A stretch of DNA of 64,000 bases from Elusimicrobiota bacterium (GCA_018816525.1 JAHIVV010000054.1:9047-73046), one strand, 5' to 3'. Numbered from the stretch's first letter, positions 51,691-62,349 are shown. Numbers and translations are program-made. Notes: generated by a model from the letters alone, not told the origin.

Positions 51691-52850
51691 TTTTCTATCT
51701 TTGTGCTGGGGTAATAATGCGCCACTATTTCTTTATAATCATATCCTTTATCAGCCATGCCTTTTGCGCCCCATTGGCACATTCCAACGCCATGGCCCCA
51801 GCCGTTGCCCGTAAATTTGAAAGTTGAGTCATTAATCCTTTTTATCGAGCTGATTTTTGTGCTTTTTATCGTCCAGGGGTCAACAAACAGCCTGAATTTC
51901 GCGGAACTGATGCTTGTCTCGCCGGGTTTATCCTTTTTACTGATATATTTTATCCTGATAGTTTTTGACCTTCCTGATTTGGTTTTATTTTGAAAATAAA
52001 TTCCCGTTATTTCGGCAATGCCCGTGTAACCTTTATAAACGAGTTTTTTTCTTATATAACTTTCTTCTACGTTTTTGCTCCAATAATACTGCGGGCAATT
52101 CTTGCAAAATTTGCATTTAACCGCCGTAAGGTATTTAACAGTTTTACAATCATTTTTCCAGACATTTTTCACATCTTCTGTATAACCTGCGCAGCAGGAA
52201 TGGAAAACTGCATTTATAAGCCGACCGTTATAAACAAGGACCTGCCCCCGGGTTTCTTCAATAGCCTTATTTGTCCTTGGATTTTCACCGTCCATTCCGC
52301 CATAAACCTGGCAATGTACCTTATTGCATAATGAATAACCTTCATCTTTATGCCTGTCAAGGTTGCTTAATGTAAATGTCCGTGATACTACAGCCTGCGC
52401 TTTTAGGGATTCCATCGGCCAGGCAGGATCTACCTCCCGGGTAAGAACACCCGCCAAATAACTTTCTAATCCTAATTCATTTACCACGGTTATTTTACCG
52501 GTTTTTGTTTTTCTTATCAATATGCTGTCGCGGTATCTTTTTCCTTCTATACGGACACACTGATTGGCTGTTTCTGGGGAAAACCTGAGTTCATTTGCAG
52601 ATATTTCCTTATCACCTATAAGTATTCCTTTCTTTAATGGTTTCACCAGGTAGATATCCTTATCTGCCAGGAAACATTTTTCTCCTGTCACTAAGTCGCA
52701 ATAATAATATTCTCCTTCGCAGCCAATATTGACTTTATCCGCATTTTCTTCAATAGCTACTCTAATTATTGTATCCGGCAGCCGGCCTGCATGAAGAACT
52801 GCGGCGTAAAATGCTAATAACAAAAGAATTGGTAATTTATTTTTTTTCAT
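51678..52850 (-). CDS. SpoIID/LytB domain-containing protein
   Basis: Signal peptide. LESYLAGVLTREVDPAWPMESLKAQAVVSRTFTL and HSCCAGYTED are SpoIID/LytB signatures. Confidence 0.75.
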   Translation of the reverse strand: MKKNKLPILLLLAFYAAVLHAGRLPDTIIRVAIEENADKVNIGCEGEYYYCDLVTGEKCFLADKDIYLVKPLKKGILIGDKEISANELRFSPETANQCVRIEGKRYRDSILIRKTKTGKITVVNELGLESYLAGVLTREVDPAWPMESLKAQAVVSRTFTLSNLDRHKDEGYSLCNKVHCQVYGGMDGENPRTNKAIEETRGQVLVYNGRLINAVFHSCCAGYTEDVKNVWKNDCKTVKYLTAVKCKFCKNCPQYYWSKNVEESYIRKKLVYKGYTGIAEITGIYFQNKTKSGRSKTIRIKYISKKDKPGETSISSAKFRLFVDPWTIKSTKISSIKRINDSTFKFTGNGWGHGVGMCQWGAKGMADKGYDYKEIVAHYYPSTKIEKWEE

Positions 52851-53406
52851 TTATGGAATATAAACATCCGCAATATTTTTGCATATATAACTTTTTGTTC
52901 CAAATTTCATTCTTACCCTCATAAAACTCCGGCCTAAAATCCCTGTAAACAAAATCCAATCCTTCTTCCGCTGCTGCCTGAATACCCGCAGCTTTAATCA
53001 AATCGTGTTTTTGATGCGGGCTGGAAAGCAATGTAGTAGAAAAATGCCTAATATTCATCTTCTTTGCTGTCTGAGCTGTTATTTTCATTCTTATTGAATA
53101 ACAGATTCTGCATCTCTCAGGCTCTCCGCTGTTATTTTCTATACTCTTGCTCCACAAATCTTCCGGGTAATCATTCTTTTCCATAAGCCTGTGCTTTTTT
53201 TCTTCAGAAAAGACTTTCAGGGCTTCCTGCCTTTTTTTACGTTCATCAACGGGATATATATTCGGATTAAACCAAAAACCTATAACCTCTTTAAACTCTT
53301 TTTTGAAAGACTCCAGGACTTTCGGAGTACAAACAGCGCAGCAATGATGCAGGAGAATTTTATCAAACATACTTAAAATAGTATCATAATAATCGGTCGA
53401 TGTCAA
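52837..53406 (-). CDS. queH: Epoxyqueuosine reductase QueH (DUF208)
   Basis: LLHHCCAVCT Cys cluster plus downstream CRICY and CGCLYS. 189 aa. Located with tgt and queA. Confidence 0.7.
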   Translation of the reverse strand: MTSTDYYDTILSMFDKILLHHCCAVCTPKVLESFKKEFKEVIGFWFNPNIYPVDERKKRQEALKVFSEEKKHRLMEKNDYPEDLWSKSIENNSGEPERCRICYSIRMKITAQTAKKMNIRHFSTTLLSSPHQKHDLIKAAGIQAAAEEGLDFVYRDFRPEFYEGKNEIWNKKLYMQKYCGCLYSINEKK

Positions 53407-53421
53407 AATAAAACCCGTATT

Positions 53422-54270
53422 TCAGCGACGGAAACCTTCCAGGAAATTATAAACACATTCAGCTAAATCCCTGCTATAACCGCCTTCAAGCACAGCGAAC
53501 CTTTTTGTATGCAGGGCGGCTATCATTTTGCCTATTTTTTCATATGTAGCTGTCTCAAGATTCATCTGAGTAAGCGGGTCCCTTATATATGTATCAAATC
53601 CTGCTGATACTGCAATTACAGCGGGTTTAAATTTTTCTATTTCTTTCAGCGCAATTTCCAATGTTTTAAGGTATTTTTCTTCTCCCGTTTCAGGCGGCAG
53701 GGGAAAGTTTAGGCAATTTTTTTCGGAAGTTAACCCCGACCCTGGATAAAGCGGGACCTGATGCAAAGAAACAAAAAGAATGTTTTCTTTACCTAAAAAA
53801 ATGTTTTGAGTCCCGTTACCGTGATGACAATCTATATCTAAAATAGCAACCGGAGCGGTTCCGGACAAAATTAGTTTTTTTACGGCTATTGCTATGTTAT
53901 TAAAATAACAAAAACCTCCGGAATGGCTTTTTGTGGCATGGTGGCCGGGAGGCCTCATTAAACTAAAAGCGGGAAGACCTTTTAACGCAATTTCTGATGC
54001 CGTTATCGCAGCGCCGGCAGATAATAAGGCATATTCGTAAATTCCCGGAATCGGCTTTATGTCCGGGTCACTAAAAGCCAAAGTTTTGACTTTTTCTACC
54101 ATGGCTTTAGTATGAACTGCTAAAATATCGCTTTCAGCACATTTTTCAGGTTCTACAAATTCAAAGTTTTTCACTTTCAAACATTCGAAAGGTGTCTGGA
54201 TACGTTGTGCAGTTTCATTATAACCTGGATAACTGTATTGCCAACATTTGTTTGAGGTTACAATTTTCAT
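53422..54270 (-). CDS. Histone deacetylase-family (arginase/deacetylase fold) protein, AcuC/acetylpolyamine amidohydrolase-like
   Basis: Zn/catalytic motif ILDIDCHHGNGTQNIF and RPPGHHA. Confidence 0.75.
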   Translation of the reverse strand: MKIVTSNKCWQYSYPGYNETAQRIQTPFECLKVKNFEFVEPEKCAESDILAVHTKAMVEKVKTLAFSDPDIKPIPGIYEYALLSAGAAITASEIALKGLPAFSLMRPPGHHATKSHSGGFCYFNNIAIAVKKLILSGTAPVAILDIDCHHGNGTQNIFLGKENILFVSLHQVPLYPGSGLTSEKNCLNFPLPPETGEEKYLKTLEIALKEIEKFKPAVIAVSAGFDTYIRDPLTQMNLETATYEKIGKMIAALHTKRFAVLEGGYSRDLAECVYNFLEGFRR

Positions 54271-54293
54271 ATAATTGGTTTTTTATAAAAAGG

Positions 54294-55316
54294 TTAGCGC
54301 AATTCTTGCTGGTTCTGAGGCCTGGTTTTTTTTAAATGAGTATAAGCGGCAGGGGTTACAACTCTTCCGCGGGCTGTACGAGCCAGCAAACCTGCCTGAA
54401 TAAGGTAAGGCTCGTAAACATCGGTAAGAGTATCCACTTCTTCCGAAACAGCAACAGAAAGAGTGTCAATACCTACAGGCCCGCCCGAAAATTTATCTAT
54501 AATTGCATTCAAAATCCGGAGGTCCATTGAATCCAAACCTAATGCATCAACACCGAGGGATTGCATGGCTTCTTTAACTATGCCGATTCCAACCTTGCCT
54601 TGCGTTTTTACATCAGCGAAATCCCTGATCCGGCGGAGAAGCCTGTTTGCGATTCTTGGCGTGCCCCTGGAACGAAGAGCGATTTCATGCGCCGATTCAT
54701 CATCAATCGTAACATTTAATATTTTGCTTGAACGCAATATAATGGATTCCAATTCATTTATGGCATAAAAATTCAAGTATTCAACAATACCGAACCTGGC
54801 GCGCATAGGAGATGTTAAAAGGCCCGCCCGGGTTGTTGCGCCTATGAGGGTAAATTTAGGGATATCAAGTTTAATCGTTTTTGCGCTGGGCCCCTGGCCT
54901 ATAATGATGTCCAATTTAAAATCTTCCATTACCGGATAAAGAGCTTCCTCAACAACATGATTTAACCTGTGAATTTCATCAATGAAGAAAACATCTCCTT
55001 CGTTAAGGCTGGTTAATATCGCGGCAAGGTCGCCGACTCTTTCAAGCACCGGGCCGGTTGTAGAGCGCAGGTTTACTCCAAGCTCATTAGAAATAATATG
55101 AGCCAGAGTTGTTTTTCCAAGGCCGGGAGGGGAATAAAATAAGCAATGGTCAAGTGGCTCTTTTCTTTTGCGGGCCGCTTCAATAAATACATGCAGATTT
55201 TGTTTCAACTTCTCCTGGCCGACAAATTCCGCTAAATCCCTGGGCCTCAGAGTTGTTTCAACTTTTTCTTCTGCCTGGTTTGTAGTTCTGTTAGTCAGAT
55301 TTTCTTCGTTATTCAT
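54294..55316 (-). CDS. ruvB: Holliday junction branch-migration helicase RuvB
   Basis: Walker [12 protein letters not shown], Walker B FIDEIHRL, sensor and winged-helix regions. Confidence 0.9.
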   Translation of the reverse strand: MNNEENLTNRTTNQAEEKVETTLRPRDLAEFVGQEKLKQNLHVFIEAARKRKEPLDHCLFYSPPGLGKTTLAHIISNELGVNLRSTTGPVLERVGDLAAILTSLNEGDVFFIDEIHRLNHVVEEALYPVMEDFKLDIIIGQGPSAKTIKLDIPKFTLIGATTRAGLLTSPMRARFGIVEYLNFYAINELESIILRSSKILNVTIDDESAHEIALRSRGTPRIANRLLRRIRDFADVKTQGKVGIGIVKEAMQSLGVDALGLDSMDLRILNAIIDKFSGGPVGIDTLSVAVSEEVDTLTDVYEPYLIQAGLLARTARGRVVTPAAYTHLKKTRPQNQQELR

Positions 55317-55927
55317 TGCAGGTATCTCAGCGCTAATTTAATGATTTCGCTTACATTTACGGGATTCTCCAATATTGTCAAACTCTCTTCTACGGCATGG
55401 CGTGCCTGGGCTTCTTTGTATCCAAGCGAAACCAGTGCCTGTATTGCATCTTCCGGCATATTACCGTTTGTTTTTCCGGAGGGCCACTTTTCTTTTCCTG
55501 TAATTTTAACTTTTGAAAGTTTATCGTTTAATAAGGCTACTATTTTTTCTGCGGTTGGTTTTCTAAACCCGAATATAGACGTAAGCAGTTTAGTATCCTT
55601 CTGTGTTACGGCACGCTGAAAATCAGGAAGGGATTTCGTCGCTTTATCCATATAATCCAGGGCTTTTTTTGATCCTGTATTTTTGAGCCCGTCTTTAAAT
55701 ACAAGAAATATCTCTTTATCATCCAGGTTTGTAAAACCGTAAAGGGTTATTCCGCCGCCGTAAATTCCCTGGGTTTCATAAATATAGAGTTTAGCAAGTT
55801 TTCCAGTTGCAGGTAATTTCTCGTAGGTAACAGCTGATATGCTGATATCGTAACCTATGCCGTTTACAGCAAGAATTACAGAATCAACTGACTTCTCTTC
55901 TAATATACCTTCCAAAAATGCGATCAT
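55313..55927 (-). CDS. ruvA: Holliday junction DNA-binding protein RuvA
   Basis: MIAFLEGIL...GIGYDISIS is the RuvA domain I OB fold, followed by HhH motifs. Start set to the internal Met giving an ATGA overlap with ruvC; the track start is at 55975. Confidence 0.8.
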   Translation of the reverse strand: MIAFLEGILEEKSVDSVILAVNGIGYDISISAVTYEKLPATGKLAKLYIYETQGIYGGGITLYGFTNLDDKEIFLVFKDGLKNTGSKKALDYMDKATKSLPDFQRAVTQKDTKLLTSIFGFRKPTAEKIVALLNDKLSKVKITGKEKWPSGKTNGNMPEDAIQALVSLGYKEAQARHAVEESLTILENPVNVSEIIKLALRYLQ

Positions 55928-56424
55928 TTTACTCCTAAAGTCTGCAGGCGGGAATCGAAAGAATTCAAATGGCATAAACCAACAGCCATTGCATCAGCAA
56001 TGTCATCAGGTTTTGGAATTTCTTTCAATTTCAGGATTATCTTTACCATACGCTGTATTTGCTGCTTATCTGCCGCCCCATATCCTGTTACGGATATTTT
56101 TACCTGTTTTGGGTTATATTCTCTTATCTCCAGGTTGCTGCTGGACATCGCAAGCAATATTACCCCGCGGGCCTGGCTGGTAGCAAGGACTGATTTTGCG
56201 TTTTGAAAAAGATATTGTTTTTCTAAGCTGGCTATCTGGGGTTTATATTTTTTGATGATATTTTCAAGGGATGAATAAAGAATCGACAACCTTTGCGGCA
56301 AATCCATTTTTGCTGGTGTTTCTATACAGCCAAAACCTACTATTGAATTTTCCTTATTGGGCTTTTGTTCAATTACCGCCCAACCGCATCTGGCTAGACC
56401 GGGGTCTATGCCAAGAACTATCAT
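55924..56424 (-). CDS. ruvC: Crossover junction endodeoxyribonuclease RuvC
   Basis: MIVLGIDPGLARCGWAVIE, with downstream acidic catalytic residues. 166 aa. Confidence 0.85.
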   Translation of the reverse strand: MIVLGIDPGLARCGWAVIEQKPNKENSIVGFGCIETPAKMDLPQRLSILYSSLENIIKKYKPQIASLEKQYLFQNAKSVLATSQARGVILLAMSSSNLEIREYNPKQVKISVTGYGAADKQQIQRMVKIILKLKEIPKPDDIADAMAVGLCHLNSFDSRLQTLGVK

Positions 56425-57173
56425 ACACCTGCCTTCTCAAGTATTTCTTTATCTATATCGAAGTTTGCGGAAACATTGGTGACATCGTCGCTATCCTCAA
56501 GAGCATTCATTAATGAAATCATTTGATCTGCTTCTTTACCGGTAAGTTTGATATAGGTTTTTGGTATCATGGTAACCTCGGCATCCATGATGGGTATATT
56601 TTTCTTTTCCAGTTCCTGCTTAATTTTTTCAAAATTCTCCGGAGAAGTTATTATTTCAAAGTTATCTTCATCAGCCTGAAAATCTTCCGCGCCAAGTTCA
56701 AGCGATATGGACATAAGCTCGTCTTCATTGGAATACTTTGATTTTTCAACTGTGATGCTCCCTTTTTTTGAAAACATCCACGCAACGCTTCCGTTTTCGC
56801 CAAGATTTCCGGCGCTGTTGGAAAAAGTTTTTCTAAGCTCGCTTGTGGTCCTGTTTTTATTATCTGTTGTTACTTCAACCAGGACTGCGACTCCGCCCGG
56901 TCCATAACCTTCATAAACCGTTTCTTCATAAGTTACACCCGGAAGCTCACCGGTCCCGCGAAGCGTGGCTTTCTTTATATTATCCTGCGGCATGTTCGCT
57001 TCTTTTGCCTGTTCAATGGCTTTACGCAGCCGCACATTATTGTCGACATTACCGCCGCCGGATTTAGCAGCTACGGTGATTTCCCTTATCAGCCTGGTAA
57101 ATATCTTTCCGCGCTTGGCATCAATAGCACCTTTTTTATGCTTGATACCAGCCCATTTTGAATGTCCTGACAT
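56421..57173 (-). CDS. yebC: YebC/PmpR-family transcriptional regulator
   Basis: MSGHSKWAGIKHKKGAIDAKRGKIFTRLIREITVAAK is the near-universal YebC N-terminus. Confidence 0.9.
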   Translation of the reverse strand: MSGHSKWAGIKHKKGAIDAKRGKIFTRLIREITVAAKSGGGNVDNNVRLRKAIEQAKEANMPQDNIKKATLRGTGELPGVTYEETVYEGYGPGGVAVLVEVTTDNKNRTTSELRKTFSNSAGNLGENGSVAWMFSKKGSITVEKSKYSNEDELMSISLELGAEDFQADEDNFEIITSPENFEKIKQELEKKNIPIMDAEVTMIPKTYIKLTGKEADQMISLMNALEDSDDVTNVSANFDIDKEILEKAGV

Positions 57174-57223
57174 TTAATTACCTCCAAAAACATATAAATT
57201 CGCGTGAACGATATTCTACTAAA

Positions 57224-59653
57224 TTATCTCAAATAATTCAATCTTTCCTGAGCTATTTGGTTTTTTGGGTCTAATTCAAGAACTTTTTGAAATGCTGACC
57301 TGGCATTTTCTTTATCGTTTTTTTGCGAATAAGCCAAACCCAAATTTACCCAAGAAGGCAAGTTGGATGGGCTGATAGTAACAGCTTGCTTGTACTCATT
57401 TATGGCTTCATCAACTTTACCTAAAGTAAAAAATGCATTGGCCAGGTAAAAACGGGCTTTGTAACTGTTGGGGGAAATCTCAACCAGTTGCTTGCATAAC
57501 TTAAGAACTTCCGGCCAATTCTTCTCATTTATTTTCTGCTCAGCTGCTTTTACCAATCTGTCATATTCAAGAATCGGTTCCGATTTTATTCCTGCTTTTT
57601 GCGATGCCACTTCCAGGTTGTGCCTTGCCATCTGAAATTCGGGATTTATTTCTACTGCCCGGCGATAGGCTTCAGCGGCTTTTTTGTTGTCGTTTTTCTT
57701 CGTATAGGCAAAACCAAGATTATTCCAAAAATCTATATTGTTCGGAAAAAAGAAAACAGCCCTTTCAAGAAGCGCAATGGCCCTATCAGGGTCTTTGTCA
57801 ATATTTATCAGAAATATGTTTCCGAGCGCAAAATATCCTTCCTGTGAAATAGGGTTGATGTAAAGCGCCTGAGTGTAATTGTTTAAAGCTTTTTCCATGT
57901 CACCCATTTGTGCATAAACTGTCGCAAGGTTAAAATGTATTTCGTCATAACCGCAATTGGCCGATAAAGCGTTGTAATAAGCCCAAAGAGATTTATCCCG
58001 CTGGCCTAATCTCGCGTAACAATTAGCAAGCTCATACTCGCTGTTAACTTCTTTGTTATTGAAGTGAGCTTTTTCCAAATAAGGAATAGCTGCCGCGACA
58101 TCTCCTTTTTTTGACATCTTGAAACCTTGAAAATAATTTATTTCGCCGAGAAAAAAATTATACCATTTGAAAATAAGAAAAAAGAAAAAAACAATAAGGA
58201 CTGCAAAAATACCCTTCGAAACAGAATTCAATCTGTATTCCTTAATTTTCCTCGTATCATCCATGCCAACCAGTGTGCCCATATTCCACCAATAAAGGAA
58301 CGCCGGCACGCAAAACTGGGTGGACACATTCCCGAATATATTATCAAGAAACATACCTGCGGTTCCGCTCAAAATACCGATAAATATTAATCTTTTGCTT
58401 TCCAAAAATGTGTTTTTGTAAAGATATATTCCATAAGCAAAAAATGAAACTAAAAACCATAAATAAAACGCTACGCCCAGGGTACCTATCTGGGACCAGT
58501 ATTCCAGAATTTCATCGTGAGCATTATTTGCATGAGTCCTAAAACCGCGATAAAGGTCATTAAACAGACTTTTACCCTGGTAAAAAGGGTAGTATAATTC
58601 AAATAAACCCCAGCCTTTGCCTAAAATTGGGTCGTCTTTTACCATCAGCCAGGCGCAGGACCAAATCATAATCCTCTGATGCATAGGACCGTATGAAGTA
58701 TTAGCCACATTTTCTATCTCTGTAATTCTTGATATCGGCGTTGAGCCGCCCAGGCTTCTGGGCCAGGTAAGAAAAGTGACTATGATCACGATAGTGATCG
58801 CAATTATCCATTTCTTTTCGCGCGCAAAAATCGATTTGCTTTTTTCTTTTCTGTAGTCTTTCAGCAGGAACAAACCTATTACCGTAAAAGCCGTAAATAA
58901 ACCTACCCAGGATGACCTGGTCATTGTAGCTACGATGGAGCAAAAATATATTTCAAGCATTCCCAGAAAAAGTATTTTTTTTGCCGCGGAAATCTGGGAA
59001 AGATAAGTCATTAAAATAATGGGGAAAAGCATAACCAGGTAGGATGACATAAAGTTAGGGTTTCCAAACGTAGAAACGGGACGGCCGCCAAAAGGGTTAA
59101 GCGCCTTAGGCCAGACAGGCTCAATTTCCATGTATTGCAAAACACCGTAAAACGCGGCAACAAAACCTACGAAAAACAATGTGTTTATAATTGTGTTAAA
59201 AAACTTTGCGCGTTCCTGCCTTTCATACATGATAGGAATTAACATCGCAGGTATCCAATACGCCATAAGCAAATTAACAAGAGTAAAAATAAACTTTTTA
59301 AAACCTTCAGAAAAAATGCTTGAATAAAGATAGTTAATTCCAAAACCCGGAAGGTTTTTTCCGTCTTCAATTATTTGTTTTATCAGATAAGGCTGATTTG
59401 AAAAATAAGCATAGAGCCAGGTGAACACGGCAAAACCGGTAAAAACTACCAAGGGCAGCTCAATCGGGCTCCATGACCACTTGAAACTTTTTTTCATCAA
59501 AGCGTCAACCAAATACAAAATCCACAAAATTAATATTACGACATTTAATAAAAAAATCTGGAAAAAATAAGGATTCCTTGTGAGGTCAGTGAAGAAAATA
59601 ATAGGCGGGAATATAAGAAGGAATAGTATTATGTACCTGAAATATTTGTTCAT
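57224..59653 (-). CDS. Polytopic membrane protein with an O-antigen-ligase-like (Wzy_C) domain and C-terminal TPR repeats
   Basis: 809 aa. About 12 TM helices. TMTRSSWVGL Wzy_C-like motif. The C-terminal ~300 aa contain multiple 34-aa TPR units (WAYYNALSAN..., ALNNYTQALYINP..., AAEAYRRAVEINP...). Confidence 0.6.
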   Translation of the reverse strand: MNKYFRYIILFLLIFPPIIFFTDLTRNPYFFQIFLLNVVILILWILYLVDALMKKSFKWSWSPIELPLVVFTGFAVFTWLYAYFSNQPYLIKQIIEDGKNLPGFGINYLYSSIFSEGFKKFIFTLVNLLMAYWIPAMLIPIMYERQERAKFFNTIINTLFFVGFVAAFYGVLQYMEIEPVWPKALNPFGGRPVSTFGNPNFMSSYLVMLFPIILMTYLSQISAAKKILFLGMLEIYFCSIVATMTRSSWVGLFTAFTVIGLFLLKDYRKEKSKSIFAREKKWIIAITIVIIVTFLTWPRSLGGSTPISRITEIENVANTSYGPMHQRIMIWSCAWLMVKDDPILGKGWGLFELYYPFYQGKSLFNDLYRGFRTHANNAHDEILEYWSQIGTLGVAFYLWFLVSFFAYGIYLYKNTFLESKRLIFIGILSGTAGMFLDNIFGNVSTQFCVPAFLYWWNMGTLVGMDDTRKIKEYRLNSVSKGIFAVLIVFFFFLIFKWYNFFLGEINYFQGFKMSKKGDVAAAIPYLEKAHFNNKEVNSEYELANCYARLGQRDKSLWAYYNALSANCGYDEIHFNLATVYAQMGDMEKALNNYTQALYINPISQEGYFALGNIFLINIDKDPDRAIALLERAVFFFPNNIDFWNNLGFAYTKKNDNKKAAEAYRRAVEINPEFQMARHNLEVASQKAGIKSEPILEYDRLVKAAEQKINEKNWPEVLKLCKQLVEISPNSYKARFYLANAFFTLGKVDEAINEYKQAVTISPSNLPSWVNLGLAYSQKNDKENARSAFQKVLELDPKNQIAQERLNYLR

Positions 59654-59659
59654 TTCTCT

Positions 59660-62113
59660 CTACTTTTTCGGGGGAGACATAACTCGAAGCAAGTCCGGAT
59701 CTTGGGGATTAATTTCATGAATTCTCTGCCACATTTTCAAAGCTTCCTGAGGTTGGCCTCGTTTATTGTAAATTACTGCTAAATTTTTCAGAGCAGATAC
59801 ATTGTCTTTTCTAATTGTGGATGCTTTCAAATAATATTCTTCGGCCTTCTTTGCATCTCCAGTCATATATTTAAGGTTACCCAAATTAACATAGGTTTCT
59901 GCATATTCATAATTCCTTCTTTGGCCCCAATCTTCCCAGTAAAAACAATGGTAATTACCTTTATGAATTTCGCATTCAGGCGGCACGCTTTCTGCCGGCC
60001 TGCCAATTTGTTTGGAAACCCATTCTTTTTCATCGCTCCCTGGCTGCGTTAGGGATTCAGCCATGTACAAATGCCTCCAATAGGTTTCTTCAGCCTTCTT
60101 TAAATCTCCCATCTGGATATATACATATGCCAAACGGTAATAGTTTTGGGCGAAAATGGGGTCGATCTGGTGGTACATTTCAAATCTTTTTATTGATTCT
60201 TTCCATGCTTCCCTGGCCTTGTCCATTTGATTATTTGACCTGTAAGTTTCACCCAATTTCAAGTACAAAAGGCCTGCCTGATGGTGTGATTGGACGTAAT
60301 TTGGAGCCAGTGTCCAGCAATCCTGGTATTTGCTTATGGACCTTTCTACATCGATTCTTCCTTTATTGCCCAAGTTTATGCCTGACCAGGCCAAATCAGT
60401 TTCATGGTCACCCCATTCCGGATGATACTCGCGGTTGAGCATCCATCTGTCATTGAAAACATTGCCCATGAAATAGTGGGCCATAATAAAACCATAATTT
60501 TTTTGAGCAACAATGTTATAATTGCTCAACGCATCCGACCATTGCCCATTTTTTGAATGGAAAATGGCAATGTTATGATGCACGTCAGCAATAAAATACC
60601 CCCTGAAAACACCTTCAAAAGGGACTTTCACGCCAAAAATAGTTGCCCCTGTTATTCCTACTATAGAAAGTATTATTGCGATCGTCCCTGTAAGGTAATC
60701 GGTTATCAAGATTATTATGAACTGTATAACCCTGCGTGCAATTTTTGGTATAGGGTTGCGAAGGGGCAAAATTGGCTGGGATGCCTGCATAGGCAGCGGA
60801 TTATTTATAGTTAATGTGTTTATCAAACCTACGAGAAGCCACATAAAGATACCGGACGAAACAAATCTTAAAGAAACACACATCAGGTTATGCGATAACA
60901 TTCCTATAAATGCGGAAAGAAAACCAAGCATATAAAATGCTCTCGGGTCAGTTACTATTTTGGTTGCTTTGCCTTTTGCATTGGGCGGAGGTAAATCAAC
61001 TGCAGAAAATATCCTCAGATTTTTTAACCCGGAATTTATACACAAAACTATTATCCATAAGAAAATAGCAAAACCAACTATTCCTTCATCATACCAAACT
61101 TCCAGGTATTCGTTTTCCGGATGGTCTGATTCGGTATTATGTTTTGCTTCGATATAAAATATCTGCGGCCTGCGGAATGCGGGATAAGTCACATAAAATG
61201 TACCAATACCTGTACCTAATATCGGATTTGTATTAATCATTTCCCAGCAGGACATCCAGGTATAGACCCTGAATTTTACAGAATCAGTTCTTTTCATTAT
61301 CTGATCATATACGGCATAAGCGCAGATCAGCAAAACTAAAGAAACAATTATTGATACAATCTTTTTTATGTTATGTTTTTGCAGATGGGCAAAATGCAAT
61401 GCGTATAGAATGCAAAATGCAATAAATCCGGAAGTGAAGCCGATCCAGGCGCCTTTTGATGAAGTAAAAATTGCGTTGAATGCCGTCATCAAAAACAAGA
61501 TACCAAAAAACGGCTGCCGTGTTTTAAAAAACATTGCCAGGCATATAGGGCCTAAAACTACAAGAAAATCACCGTAAAAGTTAGGGTTTCCGAAAGTCGA
61601 GAATATTCTGGTACCGAATGCGCCTCTCCAAATAAACGGGTCCAGGCCTCTTTCAGACATGCCCTGAGGAAAATACCTGGTATCGAGAAACTGTATTATT
61701 CCATAAAAGGTTGCAACGAAACAGGCAAAAAACAGCCAACCCAATAATCTTTTTATTTTTTCTTCCGAGTTAAACTCTTTCATTATTATAAGAGCTATGC
61801 CGAAATAAATAACTTTACGGATTAGCTCCATGCCGCTTGCATATTGAAGAGGTGAGCGCAGATGTGAAATCGTATTGGAAAGCAACACGAGTAAAATGGG
61901 TATTATTACTACGAGGTTCTTTTTGAAGTAGTTTGTGTCATATTCTTCTATTAACTTTATGAGCCAGAGCATTAAAATTAACGCTCCGCCGATTTGGATC
62001 AAAGTAATTTTAATCTGGCAGGAATCATAAGTGCGCAGATAAAAAGCCAGGGAAACCGAGAAATAAAGGATGGGCAAAAAATGCTTGATTATTTTTTCAA
62101 AGGTTTTTGTCAT
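59660..62113 (-). CDS. Polytopic membrane protein with an O-antigen-ligase-like (Wzy_C) domain and C-terminal TPR repeats. A tandem paralog of the preceding gene.
   Basis: 817 aa. Same architecture as its neighbour. TSSKGAWIGF motif. TPRs (EEYYLKASTIRKDN..., ALKMWQRIHEINPQD). Confidence 0.6.
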   Translation of the reverse strand: MTKTFEKIIKHFLPILYFSVSLAFYLRTYDSCQIKITLIQIGGALILMLWLIKLIEEYDTNYFKKNLVVIIPILLVLLSNTISHLRSPLQYASGMELIRKVIYFGIALIIMKEFNSEEKIKRLLGWLFFACFVATFYGIIQFLDTRYFPQGMSERGLDPFIWRGAFGTRIFSTFGNPNFYGDFLVVLGPICLAMFFKTRQPFFGILFLMTAFNAIFTSSKGAWIGFTSGFIAFCILYALHFAHLQKHNIKKIVSIIVSLVLLICAYAVYDQIMKRTDSVKFRVYTWMSCWEMINTNPILGTGIGTFYVTYPAFRRPQIFYIEAKHNTESDHPENEYLEVWYDEGIVGFAIFLWIIVLCINSGLKNLRIFSAVDLPPPNAKGKATKIVTDPRAFYMLGFLSAFIGMLSHNLMCVSLRFVSSGIFMWLLVGLINTLTINNPLPMQASQPILPLRNPIPKIARRVIQFIIILITDYLTGTIAIILSIVGITGATIFGVKVPFEGVFRGYFIADVHHNIAIFHSKNGQWSDALSNYNIVAQKNYGFIMAHYFMGNVFNDRWMLNREYHPEWGDHETDLAWSGINLGNKGRIDVERSISKYQDCWTLAPNYVQSHHQAGLLYLKLGETYRSNNQMDKAREAWKESIKRFEMYHQIDPIFAQNYYRLAYVYIQMGDLKKAEETYWRHLYMAESLTQPGSDEKEWVSKQIGRPAESVPPECEIHKGNYHCFYWEDWGQRRNYEYAETYVNLGNLKYMTGDAKKAEEYYLKASTIRKDNVSALKNLAVIYNKRGQPQEALKMWQRIHEINPQDPDLLRVMSPPKK

Positions 62114-62129
62114 AATCTGTTGTTAAATG

Positions 62130-62201
62130 AGCCGGGAGTGGGGATTGAACCCACGGCCTACGGTTTACGAAACCGTTGCTCTACCACTGAGCTATCCCGG
62201 C
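62130..62201 (-). tRNA. tRNA-Thr (anticodon CGT)
   Basis: Reverse complement folds as acceptor GCCGGGA/TCCCGGC, D-arm GCTC-AGTGGTA-GAGC, anticodon stem ACGGT/ACCGT with loop TTCGTAA, T-arm GTGGG-TTCAATC-CCCAC. Confidence 0.8.
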
Positions 62202-62245
62202 AAAGAGAAATACTGGGTAGCCTGATTATTTTTTTTAATATAAAA

Positions 62246-62317
62246 TGCCGCGGAAGAGAATCGAACTCCCGACGCCAGGTTTTTCAGACCTGCGCTCTAC
62301 CACTGAGCTACCGCGGC
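62246..62317 (-). tRNA. tRNA-Phe (anticodon GAA)
   Basis: Reverse complement: acceptor GCCGCGG/CCGCGGC, D-arm GCTC-AGTGGTA-GAGC, anticodon stem CAGGT/ACCTG with loop CTGAAAA, T-loop TTCGATT. Confidence 0.8.
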
Positions 62318-62349
62318 ATTTTATTTTACCTTTTTAATAAAGAACTAAA

